Assembly (NCBI GenBank): GCA_025603075.1
Contig: MU626258.1
Location: 349,828 to 413,827 of the forward strand
Reading direction: 5' to 3'
From: Neoconidiobolus thromboides FSU 785
Lineage: Eukaryota > Fungi > Entomophthoromycota
Length of the DNA stretch: 64,000 nt
The position numbers and the translations under genes were made by a program. This document shows, piece by piece, positions 1 through 13,203 of this stretch; within the stretch, counting starts at the first letter, position 1; every line of letters begins with the position of its first letter. The notes below the pieces were generated by a model. It made no database searches. It saw nothing but the letters and a program-made list of their open reading frames with translations, and had not been told where the DNA came from.

Positions 1-1450
1 ATTTTATATGAATTTGTTGTGGGGCTCCACAAGTGTACCGTTAGGTTTTTTTCAATTTTTATGTAATTGAATTTTAATCAAAATGAATGCTCAATCGAAT
101 TGAAAAAGCGCACATTATTTCCGAATGTTATTTGCTTCCATTCAAACAAATTTATTACATTTCTACAATTAAAATTAGTGCAAAAATTTAATTAAAAGTA
201 ACCTCTATTCAAGTAAAAAATCAACTTTTTAAACACTGTTTTTGAGTTTAAATTTACAAAAAGTAATAAATAAACATCATTTATATATGCACATTTCATA
301 ATTTTATTGAATATTAATATCAAGAGTATAAAATTAAAAATTTAATTTAGAATGCTTTGACATTTGTTATGTTATTTTAAAGTTGTGGATCTTAGACAGT
401 ATTCCTTAATGTATTAAGCAAGAAGTAATAGACTAAACAAAAATGAACTAAAATCATGATAAGTAGTAGCGGAAAATAAAAATCTATTTTGCAAAAGCTT
501 ATAGGCTTATAAGGTATCTAATTATTTCAATTTAAGAAGGAGAGAATTTTTTTTGAGTAGGAAGTATTTTTATTCAAATATACAAGCCTGAGTTGAAGTT
601 GGACCCAATTGATACTAAAATGTTATTTTACCTTATTAGCGTGGGTAACTCAATAACTGAATCTATAACTAATGAGATGAATATAACGGAACAGGATAAG
701 AATATACAAAGTAGAAAAAGAAGGTGATTGTCTTTTTTTGCTGCATTTAATTATCTTTATTTGATTGGTACCTATTATAGCTTGTGAGCAATATTAATGA
801 AATAAATTTTAATAATATAGAAAAGACATTAAATAAGTACAAATAATTGTGGTTCTTTATAATTATAAATCAAATTTAGTAAACAAACGCATTTTGTAAT
901 ATTCTATTTTAATAAATTGTTTTTTAAGAGTAGTATTTATCTCACTTTTGCTCATTTATTAAGCAACGTAAAATTAAAAACTTTTATAGCCAAATATTGA
1001 AATAAAAGCCATTTTTAACAGTTTTTTTCTATAGGATTAGGATTCTACTTTTTCCAGGCTTTTCAATTTATGCTCATATTATAGTCTAAGCAGTATGATA
1101 TTATGTAATTTCCAACAAGTCATAACTGATAATTATTACCTGTTCAATAAAGCATATTAGAATATTTTTGATTTAACTAATTTCAAAATATCAGTATTTG
1201 TTTATAATATTTCGATCCCTTCTTAAACCTAAAAAAATTTATTGTTATTAACTTTTGGTATCTAACAGTCTTGTTATTTTTCATAACGATAATGAAGATT
1301 GGAATATTTTAACAGTCACATAAATAATTAAAATTATTGAAACCGCTAATTAAATAAGTAGAAATTCAAACTTCACTTTTCAAGAATAAACGGGTTTTAA
1401 TTCAATTTTTCGAAAAATATCAAAATATCAAAATATCAAAATATCAAGAA

Positions 1451-2551
1451 ATGATTTCCAGCAATCTCAATAAATTAAAAGGTTTAATATCTATCATCTT
1501 CTTTACACATGTTACATTAGCCTCTTTGATACTAACTATTTTACTTTTCTTAAACCCTTTAACCTTCCCATTCACAATTCTTTATTATGTCCACGTATTC
1601 TATGATCAAACTTATGTGAATGGTGGTTCTCCTTCCACTTATTTCAAATCCTTATTTATATGGAAATGGTTCAACGAATACTTTTCTTCTAAAGTGATCT
1701 TTGATAGCACTATTTCCTATGATGAAACATATATATTTGGTTATCATCCACATGGTGTAGCTGGTTTTGGAGTCTTTGCAAACTTTGCTTCCATGCATTC
1801 CAATTTTTATCAGCAGTTACCCCAATTTCGATTAAATATTGCTACATTAAACCTGAATTTTTATTTACCATTTCATAGGGAAGTGTTATTAAAGTTAGGG
1901 TTTATTTCCGCAAATAAAGAAAGCTTGAAAACCGCTTTGGAAAAGGGACAATCGTGTCTGGTAGTCGTTGGCGGTGCCAGTGAAGCTTTGTTGGCCAATC
2001 CAAAGTCCACCGATGTGTTATTAAAAAACCGATTCGGATTCATCAAACTGGCATTAAAAACAGGGTAAGCTTTAAGACAGTTATGAATAATCAATGTATT
2101 TAATCTATCTAACTCTTTATCATTATTATAGAAAGCCACTGGTACCAATATTTAGCTTTGGTGAAAATAAATTATATACTCAACTGCGACCAAGTAAAGG
2201 CAGTTGGCTGGATTTAATTCAAAAGACGTTAAAAAAGGCACTATCTTTTTCAACACCTATTATTTATGGCCGAGGTTTCTTTCAAAATTCTATTGGTCTA
2301 TTGCCAAAGAAAGTACCTATTGTTAGTATAAGTAAGTTGATTATTAGTAACAATTTATTTGCTTTATTTATTATCCTTTATTAAAAGTTGGTAACCCTAT
2401 TTATGTTGAAAAAGATGAGAATCCATCCCACGAAAAGATTGAACAATTACTTGATGTATATAAGGCAGAATTAACGAGAATTTATAATAAGTATAAAGTA
2501 GAATATTATAATATGTTAAATGAAGAAGCTCCAGAGATTCAATTTCATTAG
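1451..2551 (+). CDS. DGA1: Diacylglycerol O-acyltransferase 2 family (DGAT2/DGA1-like), 3 exons (1451-2064, 2132-2331, 2388-2551)
   Basis: The translation has YHPHG, VVGGASE, RFGFIKLALKTG-KPLVPIFSFGEN and GLLPKKVPIVSI-IGNPI. Two GT-AG introns restore the frame, and the stop TAG is at 2549-2551. Confidence 0.93.
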
Positions 2552-2800
2552 TAAAAAATAAAAACAACTTTTAAATGTTGACTATAATCTCTATGGCCTA
2601 AAAATAGATTAATTCTACTTTGATTTAAAGAAATATAAAATGAACAAGTTAAAACAGTAACATCAATAATAAAAATTTATTAACTAAATTTAATATGCTT
2701 TTTTAAATCTTTTCTATTAACTCCATTTCAAGTCAATTATACAACTTCCCTCACATTTTAAAACTAACATTAACTATTCAATTTCTTATTATTATCCAAA

Positions 2801-3220
2801 TTATTGCATATTTTGAAAGTCCATTTTTGATTTCACATGTTCATCACCAAGTTCTTTAATCTTATTAGCAAACCTAAAAAACTTTCCAACACATTTGTCC
2901 ACGCATCGTGCTTCTCTACGATTAAGATAAGTTTGTTCCGACTCATTCTCTTTATCTAAGCAACTTGATTTACATAAATCTAAAGCACTAAAAATGAAAG
3001 GAAAATTAATTAATTTTGACTCGTTTTAATAATTGGTATGCTTTATTGAAAGAGTGATGAATTTGAATATAGACATAAATTAAAGGAAATGAACTTACGA
3101 GCGAAACATTCGAATATGTGCGTTATGATTTAACTCGATTCCATTAAATTCTTCTTCTGTAAACCCACCATACTCATTATTATCTACTGTTGTCTCATTG
3201 CTTTGACCCCAACCAAACAT
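2801..3220 (-). CDS. Small Tim chaperone (Tim10/Tim12-like), twin CX3C motif, 2 exons
   Basis: The spliced translation is MFGWGQSNE...RMFRSALDLCKSSCLDKENESEQTYLNRREARCVDKCVGKFFRF...NMQ*. The twin CX3C motif and L-x3-E-x2-C-x-D-x-C are typical of small Tims. The gene is absent from the ORF track. Confidence 0.82.
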
Positions 3221-3970
3221 GTTAATATAGTGAGATAATAATAATACTTGAAATAGCCTTAAAACTATATAAAATTTGAATACTTAGCGGTGGTGGTTTG
3301 AAGCAATCAAAATGATTCAAGCCAATGAAAATTTTTTTATCTTTTTGTTCATCTTTAATTGGCGTTTCTAGATTTTGCCAGGAATTTTTAATTTGATTGG
3401 TAACCTTCAAATTCGTATTTGAGTATTTCAGAATAAAAGGATAGAATTTGTCTCTTGTTTCAATAAATAAAAAACTATATCAAATAGTCTTTTTTAAAAG
3501 TAAGTATTTTATTAATTTCATGTATTCATTCAATTTTATTAATTATTAAGATTAAATTTATTATCAAGATATTTTTATTGAAATTTAGTGATAATTAAAT
3601 ATAGTTAATTAACTCAAAATTAAATTTGATAAAAAAATAGATAGATTAACTTAAAGTACATTTGAATTGATAAATTTAGTTTACTCGATTCTATATAAGT
3701 TTATTGTAATAGTATAAAATTAGTTATAAAAAACAAGGTTTGTTAATATAATATAGAATAAATTAAAGATGGCCTGTTATAGGCTTAAAACTAATAGTTA
3801 ACTCAGCTAGATATCGAATAAATAGTAGTTACCTTGGAATAACATAATTAGAAATAATAGTTAGATATAAAACTTTATAGTATAGTATAATATAGTTTAT
3901 TTAGTTTATTTAAATTTTTAATAGTTAAACAAATAGTAGTTTTAAAGTACACAAATTAAATTAATAAAAA

Positions 3971-6030
3971 ATGGAATTTAATAATAACGATCAAAAAATG
4001 AATAATGGAAGTGTTAACTATTCGGAAGAGGAAGCTAAATATAATGTTGTAGATAATAACCAAGCTGGTGACCAAAGTAACCGTACGGGAGACAAAGAAG
4101 GATATGGAGGAGTTGAAGAAACTGAACCTGGTTTAGATGTGGATCAAGGCTATCATTTAACTGAAGACCCAGAATATAACCAAGAGATTAGTAATGAAGC
4201 AGATCAATATGAGCAGAAAGAATCAATAAAAAAGGTAGAAGCTGATGAAGAACAACATGAGTTTCAAGATACTGGCGTTGAGAATGATTATAAACAGGAT
4301 GCGTATCAAGAGTATGAAAATATTGCTCAAGAAAACAGAGATGAACAAGTTCATGTAGATCAAACTAATCAAGAAAATAACTATAAAATGGATAACCAAG
4401 AATATAATCAAGATGAAAGAGTTGAGGACTATAAATATCAAAATGAAGGACAGCAAGAGGCTGAAAATAAATGGTATGGAAGTAATAATAACAATAACGA
4501 AAATTATCAAGATTCAGGAAATAATGAAAATTATCAAAACAACTATAATCAAAATGATAATTATAATCAAAATGATAATTATAATCAAAATGATAATTAT
4601 AATCAGAATAATGATAATTACAATCAAAACAATGATAGTTATAATCAAAACAATGATGGTTATAGTCAAAATAATAGTTATAAAAGTAGAAATACTGATG
4701 ATTCGTAAGATTTAATTCAAATTTAGTTACTATTAAATATTAATATTTATTTTGAATTAGCAAAATATTTGTTGGCGGTTTAGGTTGGGATTTAAATGAA
4801 GGTAGATAATAATTAAATTAATCAACAATAATTAAATAATTATGATTTAATATTAACCTATTTTATTAGATGATCTAAGTGCTTATTTTCAATCATTTGG
4901 TGAGTTGATTGATATTGTTATTATGAGAGAACCAAGTACTGGTAGGTCTAGAGGCTTTGGATTTGTTAGTTTTAGTACTTCTGAAATTGCTGACTCTACA
5001 TTAACTCAACAACATGTAATTAAAGGAAAGAAAGTAAGTTTAAAAAATAATAACAAAATAATAAAGTAGAGTAATAAAAAAATAGATTGATGTTAAAAAA
5101 GCAGTACCTAAAGGAAATCAAGAAGCGAGAGTTGATAGAACAACAACTAAAGTATTTGTTGGTGGCATACCAATTGAAGTAACCGAACAAGAAATTATTG
5201 AAGCATTTTCTAAACATGGTAATGTAATTTCAGTTAATGTTATGTTAGACAAGCCATCAGGTAGATCTAGAGGTTTTGCATTTGTACAATTTGAAGACTA
5301 TGAAGCTGTAACAAATTCATTAAATGATAAAGGTTTAATGTTAGGTGGTAAAACTGTAAGTTATAATATATATAATGTGTATGGTATATTTATTTTTTTA
5401 TAGGTTGATATTAAACCAGCTCAACCAAGGTATAATAGTAGCTCATATGGTAAATATGGTGGTGAGCCCAACCATTATTCGAGTTATCCAAGGTCCAGAC
5501 CAAGTCATCGAGGTGGTTATAGTAAGTATGGATCCAGTAGTTATGGAAGTTATTCAAGTCATGGAGGACATCGTAGTTATAATAACCATGGACATGGACA
5601 TGGACATTCTAAATATGGTTTAGCTTCTGTTCCTAGACCGCCTCAAGCTTACAATTATGGATATAGTCAACAAACTTATACAGGAAGTTATGGTTATGGA
5701 CAACCAGCTGCAGCTGCATCAACAACTCACTCTACTCATTCAGCTTATAGTAGTTATGGAAGACAAGTACCAAGTCAGCCACAGGTTCATGAATATGTTC
5801 ATCCTAATCCATATGAGCAAAATGCATCATTACCTCAAGCTAGCAATAATTATGACGCTTATAATCAAACTTATCAACAACAAAGTTATAGTGATTATAG
5901 CAATGATATTAATAATGTATATGCTCAACCTACTCCAGGTTATTCTCAAAGACCTCGTTATTCTAATAGACCTCATTATCATCAGCAAACTCATCGTCAA
6001 AATCAGCATTATCATCCTTATAGTAGGTAA
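3971..6030 (+). CDS. HRP1: Two-RRM hnRNP A/B-type RNA-binding protein, Hrp1/Nab4-like, with a long acidic N/Q/Y-rich N-terminus and a G/Y/S-rich C-terminus
   Basis: RNP2 motifs KIFVGGLGW and KVFVGGIP and RNP1 motifs RSRGFGFVSF and RSRGFAFVQF appear across several short introns. The C-terminus ends HYHPYSR*, like the Hrp1 PY-NLS end. Confidence 0.8.
4540..4680 (+). repeat. Coding tandem repeat (18-21 bp units) encoding YNQNDN/YNQNNDN
   Basis: Units such as tataatcaaaatgataat are repeated directly in exon 1 of the HRP1-like gene. Confidence 0.9.
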
Positions 6031-6954
6031 ATTAAAATGAAAACCATAATGATAACAAATAGTTGTTATTCTTATATTCAATAAACTACTGATTTAAAAG
6101 CTAAGATTAAATAAAATTTAAATTTATATATCTATATTTATATAATTATACTTACTATTAACGTTTATTTTTTTTACTTTCGAATTTTATGAGTGATTAG
6201 AAGTGATTTCTTAATAGTCGATTTATTATTATGTATTATTAAAATAATAATAGTTTATTTAATATAATAATAGTTTAGAAAAGAATCGATAGAGATAAAC
6301 TGATGAAATAAAAGTGATATAGGTTTTTAATTATTATTTGAGTATTTATTTTATTTTATAAGAGAATCAAAATGAATGCTAATTGGTAAATAATTTTGAT
6401 AAAAATAATTTTAAAGCTTTATTTTTATATAATTAATAAATATTAATTATTTTAATTATAATAAAATAAAATAGATAAATTTAACGTCAGTTATTTTATT
6501 CTTTCTAAATATTGATGTTTCTAAATTCAATTAATATTAATACAAAATTTATTCTCAGTCAATAATCAAATTCCATTATAGCTAATAAATATTTAAATTC
6601 ATTCAATATTTCAACATTTCATTACCAATTCGGATTAAGCGTAAATTGAGCACTATTTTTTTGTATTTACTGAATTTAATAATGATGGTTATTAATTTTG
6701 TGTTTAATAGTTACAAAAATAAATAATGCCCAATCCATGTTTAACTTGAATAATAATAATTGAATTCATTAAAATGTAGTGGAATTGGACCAATGAAAAA
6801 GGATTACATTAACAATATCTAAATTGATGAAATTGAATGAAATGGCTTCTATTCATTGGTTAATAACACAAGCTGATTTTTTCAATTAAAAAGTTTAAAA
6901 AAATTTATCAACAAACTAAGTTTTAATAAAAATCAAAAAAAAATTGCATCAAAA

Positions 6955-9781
6955 TGGCCAGCCATTATGATGAAAGCGGAGTGAATTTTTATTATTTTTT
7001 AATATCAGTATTAGCAATTATATTAATTCCATATACATTAAGTCCCTTATTTTCTCAAAAAAGTAATAATTTCTATTGCTAATTTTATGTTTGTTTGACG
7101 AGAGTACTAAATATTTCATTTAATTATATAGATGCATTTAAAAACGATGTACGTACTAAAAAGAAAGTCAAAGTTGTTAAATCGGAAAATATGACCGGTT
7201 ATATAAAGTAAGTTAAAGCCTTTTCACTACCAATTCATACAATAATGTAGTAACAAAAACTAATATTTTTTATTTAATAATAGATGGTTATTAATTACCG
7301 TCGGTTGGTTATATTTATCTTATTTGGTACATCAAGTGATGAATACGGAAGTACAAGAAATCAAATTATGGGATCCTTATACTTTATTAGATATTGAAGA
7401 AGTAAGGATTTTTAATGAATAATGAATAATAAATATTAATATTATTTCATTCTAGGGTTCTACATTAAAACAGATTAAAAATAAGTATAGAAAATTATCT
7501 TTAAAATTGTTAGCTATTTTATGTTATTTAAAAAAAAGATATTTTTATTAATGGAGTTATATAGTCATCCAGATAAAGTACGTGGGGTTACTGAAGAAGA
7601 AGCAGTAGCTTTAAATTCTAAATATGTAGAAATTACAAAAGCTTATAAAGCGTAAGTTGAATTATTAGTATTAATATTTTAAGTTAATGATTAATTTTAT
7701 TCTTTATTTAGTCTTACTGATGATGATATTCGTCGTAATTTTGAGGAATATGGACACCCAGATGGTCGTCAACGTAAGTTTCTAACTAAATTTAAAATTA
7801 TTACTGTTATTAAAATATTAATCCTTCTTTTATGTAGCAATGTCTGTTGGTATTGCTTTGCCAGCTTGGTTAGTTGAAGCTCATAATAACATTTATGTGT
7901 TAAGTATTTATGGTTTAATTCTTGGTTTATTTTTACCTTATTATGTGGTAAGTATTATAAGAATAATAGAATATCAGTATATTAGTTATTATATTAAATA
8001 TATTTAATTAATATTATTTATTATTCATTAGGGCAATTGGTGGTATAAATCTAATAAATATACGCGTGATCGTATCTTAAATGGTACCATGGCTATTTAT
8101 TTTAGAGAATTAAAAGATAATATTCCAATGAAAGGTAACAAAATAATAATTGATATAATATGATTAATAACAGTTTTTAATCTTAAATTTAGACTTAATT
8201 GATCTTATGTCAGCTAGTAAAGAATTTATTGATGAAATTGAATACAAAGGAGATGATACTGAAGAAACTCAACTTTTGTGGAAATTTATTAAAGAAGAAG
8301 CTGAAAAAAATGGTATTATTGTAGAAGAATCAAGAAAAGTAAAAATATCATTATTTATTCTAATCAAATAGCTTAATCATTATGATAATTAGTATACTTC
8401 CAAAGAAAATATTAAAGCAGCTGGTCTTATTCAAGCTCATTTAAATCGTGTTAAAGTTTCAAATCCTGAATTCCAAAAAGGTAAGTGCAGGGTAGTTGTT
8501 TAATATAGTATAATATGATATTTATTTAATTAGATCAACAAATGATTGTAAAACGAGCTTATTCATTAGTTTATGGTATGACTCAAATTGCGTTAGCACA
8601 AAACTGGATCCATGCTACTTTATTATGTATGGAATTATCACAAGTAAGAAAATAACACTAGAATAATATTAAAATATATTTGCTTAACATTTTTTAATTT
8701 AGATGATTATTCAAGCTGTACCTTATAAAGCCTCACCATTACTTCAGTTGCCTAATTTATCCAATGAGATGATTCGTTCTTTAAAAGGAAAACAAGTAAA
8801 TTTTTAAATTAATTTTATAATAAGTAAAATAATAATAATAATTTTTATAGCGTAATTTAAAAAATGTACTAGAATTTATTAAATTAGATGATACTTTACG
8901 CAGGTAGCTTAATAACTTATTATTTTATTACAACCTTTTTATTAATATTTAATCCAAATAGATCCTTGTTATCCTCATTAAGTGATAGTGAATATAAAGA
9001 AACCATTTCAGCTGGTTTAAAATTTCCAGTTTTAAAATTACAAGCTGGGTATATTAAAGTATTAGGGGATGATGTTATAACACCTAGTGCTATTTTAACT
9101 TGTGTTATTAAATTAAAATTATCCACTGTAGAAGAAGAAATTTCTGAATTAAATGCTCATGATGAGAATAATACCGTAGATAGTGATGATAGTTTAGTTG
9201 ATGATGAAGATTCACATGTGCGTTCCTTTTTAAGTAAAGCATCTCAATCTCATTTAGTTCCTCCCGTTCATGCACCTTATTTCCCAGCAGTAAGCTTTAA
9301 ATATTGAAACAGTAAAGTTTGAATAATTCATTAATATTTTATTTTATTTATTAGGATAAACGTAGTGATTGGTGGATTGTTATTGGAGATTTAAATACAG
9401 GACGCATGCTAATTAATCCAACTAAAGTGACCGATTTGGTAGATAAAACTACACTTAAATTTAATTTCCAAGGGCCACCTGAACCTGGAAATTATTCTTT
9501 TAATTTGATGGTTAAAAGTGATTCTTATTTAGGTTGTGATTTACGTAAAGAAATGGCAGTAAGTTTATTTTTACTTAAGATAAGTTAATTGGTTAAATGA
9601 TTTTTTCTTTTAGTTTGTTGTTGAACCAGCTTCTATTTTACCTGAAGAATCTGAAGTAGATGATGATATTTCAGAACCAGAAGATAATTCTTTAGCTGCT
9701 CAAATGCAAGCCAGCAAATCAGAAGGTGGTGCTACTGCTGGTGCTTTAAATGATGATTTAACTTCTTCAGATGAGGAATAA
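6955..9781 (+). CDS. SEC63: ER translocon J-domain protein Sec63 (~15 short introns)
   Basis: It starts MASHYDESGVNFYYFLISVL and contains WDPYT(L), the J-domain motif HPDK, YGHPDG, IALPAWLVE and WWIVIGD, a Sec63/Brl domain with DSYLGCD, and an acidic tail. The stop TAA is at 9779-9781. Confidence 0.95.
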
Positions 9782-9914
9782 ATTTATTTTAAAACAACCA
9801 AGTTTTATTTAGTGATAGGAAAGAATAAAATAAATATTAAACTAATATTTTTTTTACAAATGTATAATTTTATTATTATTTTTTATTCCAATTTTTCATG
9901 TTCAATTTCAGATT

Positions 9915-11638
9915 TCAAAGAATGACACTTTTGAATATATAAATGGATCAATTGTTGGATCTCTTTCTCATTTTCATTAGAATAGTTACATACTTGGATG
10001 GGTTCACCAACTATAAAAATAAAGTAAATATTATATTTAATAATTCAACAAAAAAAACTTACTAATATAAACAAGCTCCTTTCTTTTAGGTAATAAACCT
10101 AATATATCCCAACTGTAAATGGTGGGCTCAAACAATTGAATAGTAGTTGAACTTTGAATCCAAGATTGTATAGAGTTAAGCTCGTAAGTTTTAGAATTTT
10201 GTTGAATAACTGGTATAATATTGTAACTATATAAAATATTAGTATAATTATTGGCATAATTAAGTATATAAACCTACCCGCCTTTTACCACCTTTTGGAA
10301 CATTTCTATTTGATTCTTTTCTTCTACAATCATCAAATCATCACATTTTACCTCCCCTCCTTGATACAAATTCACTTTTTTGTTCAAATTTTTACTTAAA
10401 CCACTACCATCATTCATAAAATTAATCCAAAAAGCTATTTTTTTTTCCCCAGAATATAAAAACACCACTTTATCCTTTTTATTAATATCCCCCAACACTG
10501 CGTTACGTACTGGATAATAATTCAAAAAATGAGTGAGCAAAGGAAAGCCTAATACTTTTTGAAGATCCAAACTAATCTTAATAAAGAAATAAAAGGGCCA
10601 TAACATTGGTAACAAGAAAAAAAATTTGTTAAAGAGAACATAAATTATCACTGTCAATCTTACGATAATTTGAATCAAAGATTGACGCTTTAATTGGGGT
10701 TGATATTGTTTCTTGTAAAACTGAGGCTTTTGAATGGTATCTTTTTCTATGGTTCCATTAATTTGAATTTTATCATTAGAATCTTCAATTTTGTCATGTT
10801 GAATTCCGTTACTACTTACGTCCCCAGATAGTTGTCTAGACTCTTCAATAGTAACTTCCCCTTCTTTCTGATTATTTGATTCAATGGTCATATTCTCAAC
10901 ATTGTTATTATCCTCGCTATTTTTATGTTCAATAGATTGTTCATTTGATTCTTCAGCCTGAGCTTTATTTTCTTCAAGTCGCTGTTCTCCTTGAACTTTA
11001 CTTTCTTCACAATCTTCTTTACTTTGAGCTCCAAGTTTTTCAAAATCTTTCTCAACTTGAGCTTTGCTTTCTTCAGGAGTTTCGTTCTCTCGGACTTTGT
11101 TTTCCTCAGTTGTTTCGTTCTCTTGAGCTTTGTTTTCTTTAGGGGCTTCTTGAATTTGCACTTCATTCTCCTCTACAGCTTCTTTAACCTGAGTCTTATT
11201 TTCTTGTGCATCTTCAGCTTTATTGTTTTTCTGTTCAACTTTACCATTAGCTTCAGCCTCCTCTTGATTCTTTTGATCTTTATCCCCTTGAGAAGCGTCA
11301 CTTTCTTTAGCAATAGATTTCGAATCCTCATTACTTTTGTTATCTTTATCTTCAATAACTAGTGCACCACTCTTTTTTTTTTCTTCAGGGCTGGTACTTG
11401 ATTTATTCAAGTCACTATCATATTTTGGCTCCTCTTTAGGATTCGAGTCACTTTCAACAACAACGCTATCCTTTTGGGCAACTTGCTCTACTTTTCCATC
11501 TGCATTATCCTGTTGCTTTACAACAACAGGTTCTTTACTCTGTGCTTGTTTTTTGGTAGTAGTACCATTGCTATTATTCCCCTTTTGCTTATTCTTACCA
11601 TTTGTTTGTTGATTTTGTTTTTTACTTTTGCTACCCAT
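9915..11638 (-). CDS. Divergent DGAT2-like protein lacking the catalytic motifs, with a ~310-aa acidic low-complexity N-terminal extension; 3 exons (11638-10278, 10226-10063, 10010-9915)
   Basis: The C-terminal part aligns by eye to the neighbouring DGAT2s (FFLLPMLWP; NYYP; GYNIIPV; GLLPKRKELVYIIGEPIQV; EIQQLIHLYIQSV). Both introns sit at the same positions and phases as in the DGAT2 at 1451-2551. Confidence 0.8.
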
Positions 11639-12110
11639 TTTGTTTAGATTAGATGACTTATATTAGGTTTAAAAGAATAACTTTTTCTTTTTATTTTCTT
11701 TTTTTAATTATTTATAGTTTTTCTATAAATGCTTATTTTTTACTATCATTTAAACTGTTCATTTTACTGTTTGATTCCTAATTTATGATTTAAACTTAAG
11801 GGATAGAATGCATGTGATTTTTAAAGCTAATTCTAATAAGTGATAAATTTTTTGAATTAATAGAATAAGCTAAGCTTTTGGAGAAAAATCTTACTGATGT
11901 AACAATTCATAGTACATCTTTAAGTGCCAGAATTACTTTTGGTTGTTAAGATATAATTTTGACATGACGAAAAAAACTAGAATTTGCTGTATTAATATTA
12001 ACGATTAATAATAATTATTTACAATCAGAATTTAATTAGTGTCAGATGTTTAAAGGAGATAATTGATAAAAATAAAATACTAAAGTTAAAATCAAAAAAT
12101 CAAAAGATTA

Positions 12111-12215
12111 TATGGGGCTGTTTTTTTTGGGTTCATTACTTTTTCTACTTTTTAAGCACTATTTGAGTGGAAAAATTGCTAATAAAATTCTTAAATACAA
12201 AAATACATCCCCATA
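12111..12215 (+). mobile_element. ~104-bp TIR element (MITE-like) copy 1
   Basis: Reads TATGGGGCTGTTTT...TAAGCACTATTTGAGTGGAAAA...AATACATCCCCATA. Confidence 0.85.
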
Positions 12216-12272
12216 TTATTTAACACCTAATTGGATTTGACAAAAAATACATTTTAATAAAAATAAAAAACA

Positions 12273-12375
12273 AGTAAATGTTTTTTTTGGCTTTATCACT
12301 TTTTCCATCTTTTGAACACTATTTAAAGAGAAAAATTATAGTTAAAATTATTGATTACAAAAACACATTCCTAAA
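12273..12375 (+). mobile_element. MITE-like copy 2 (degenerate)
   Basis: Same internal sequence as copy 1 with eroded termini. Confidence 0.7.
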
Positions 12376-12802
12376 TATTTTTGAATAAAATTAAACAAAA
12401 CAGCTTTTTACATATTAGTTAATAGTTTTTTTAAATGTATATAACTTTAAAAATATTTTAATCATTTACTAGCTTTAATTTATATAATTTGGTTTTAAAT
12501 TAACATTATAAATTCTTTTTATTAAATTAGTATATGGGTATGAAATCTGGTACTCAGTGATTGGAGTCAAAAACAGCTATTACCTGGTTGACTACACTAT
12601 AAGTCGAAAGATCTTAGTTTATATGACTAAGATAGACTTGGATTATGAAGAATACGACGTAATAGGCTACAGACTAGTAAGACAAATAAAATAGACAATA
12701 TTAATGTAAACTCTACATAAAATATTATTAAGAAAACTTAATGGCTTTATTAAATGTTCGAGATATCAAGGAATAATTCAGTTAAAAAGCCTCAAACTAC
12801 TA

Positions 12803-12906
12803 TACGGGGATGTATTTTTGTGTCTAAGAATTTTACTAACAATTTTTCCTCTCAAATAGCGCTTAAAAAATGAAAAAACTAATGAAACCAAAAAAACATC
12901 CCCATA
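12803..12906 (-). mobile_element. MITE-like copy 3 (inside the left foldback arm)
   Basis: Reads TACGGGGATGTATTTT...AAAACATCCCCATA and is absent from the opposite arm. Confidence 0.88.
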
Positions 12907-13098
12907 CTCCAAAATCTCTTTTACATTCTAAAAGTACAAATATCAAAATGAGAAGATAATATTCTTTGGGATGGAGCTAGAAATTCTCATAGCAAATCAA
13001 ACTAAGAATGTGGGATTGATTTTCTCTGAACTCAAGAACACAACAGCTTAGGCGATTGTTATGCTATAATTAACCATGGGACTGACAAAGCGGTATTT

Positions 13099-13203
13099 CA
13101 CAGGGATGTATTACTCTGTTTAACAACTTTACTAACAACTTTTCCGCTCAAATAGCACTTAAAAAAAAAGAGAAAGTGATAAAACCAAAAAAACTTCCTC
13201 ATA
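13099..13203 (-). mobile_element. MITE-like copy 4 (foldback loop)
   Basis: Contains TTTCCGCTCAAATAGCACTTAAAA with eroded TIRs. Confidence 0.82.

Noticed and set aside
380-740. Purine-rich stretch with RT-like phrases (YFAKAYRLI; LDPID)
   Set aside because: The motifs are too degenerate and not in a consistent frame.
4223-6081. Overlapping ORFs rich in Ile/Met/Lys (4223-4510, 4413-4715, 5020-5217, 5375-5623, 5657-6040, 5830-6081)
   Set aside because: These are alternative-frame or antisense shadows of the low-complexity HRP1-like exons.
10888-11612. Five overlapping ORFs (10888, 10945, 10991, 11173, 11337)
   Set aside because: These are shadows of the repetitive E/K-rich exon of the 10274-11638 ORF.
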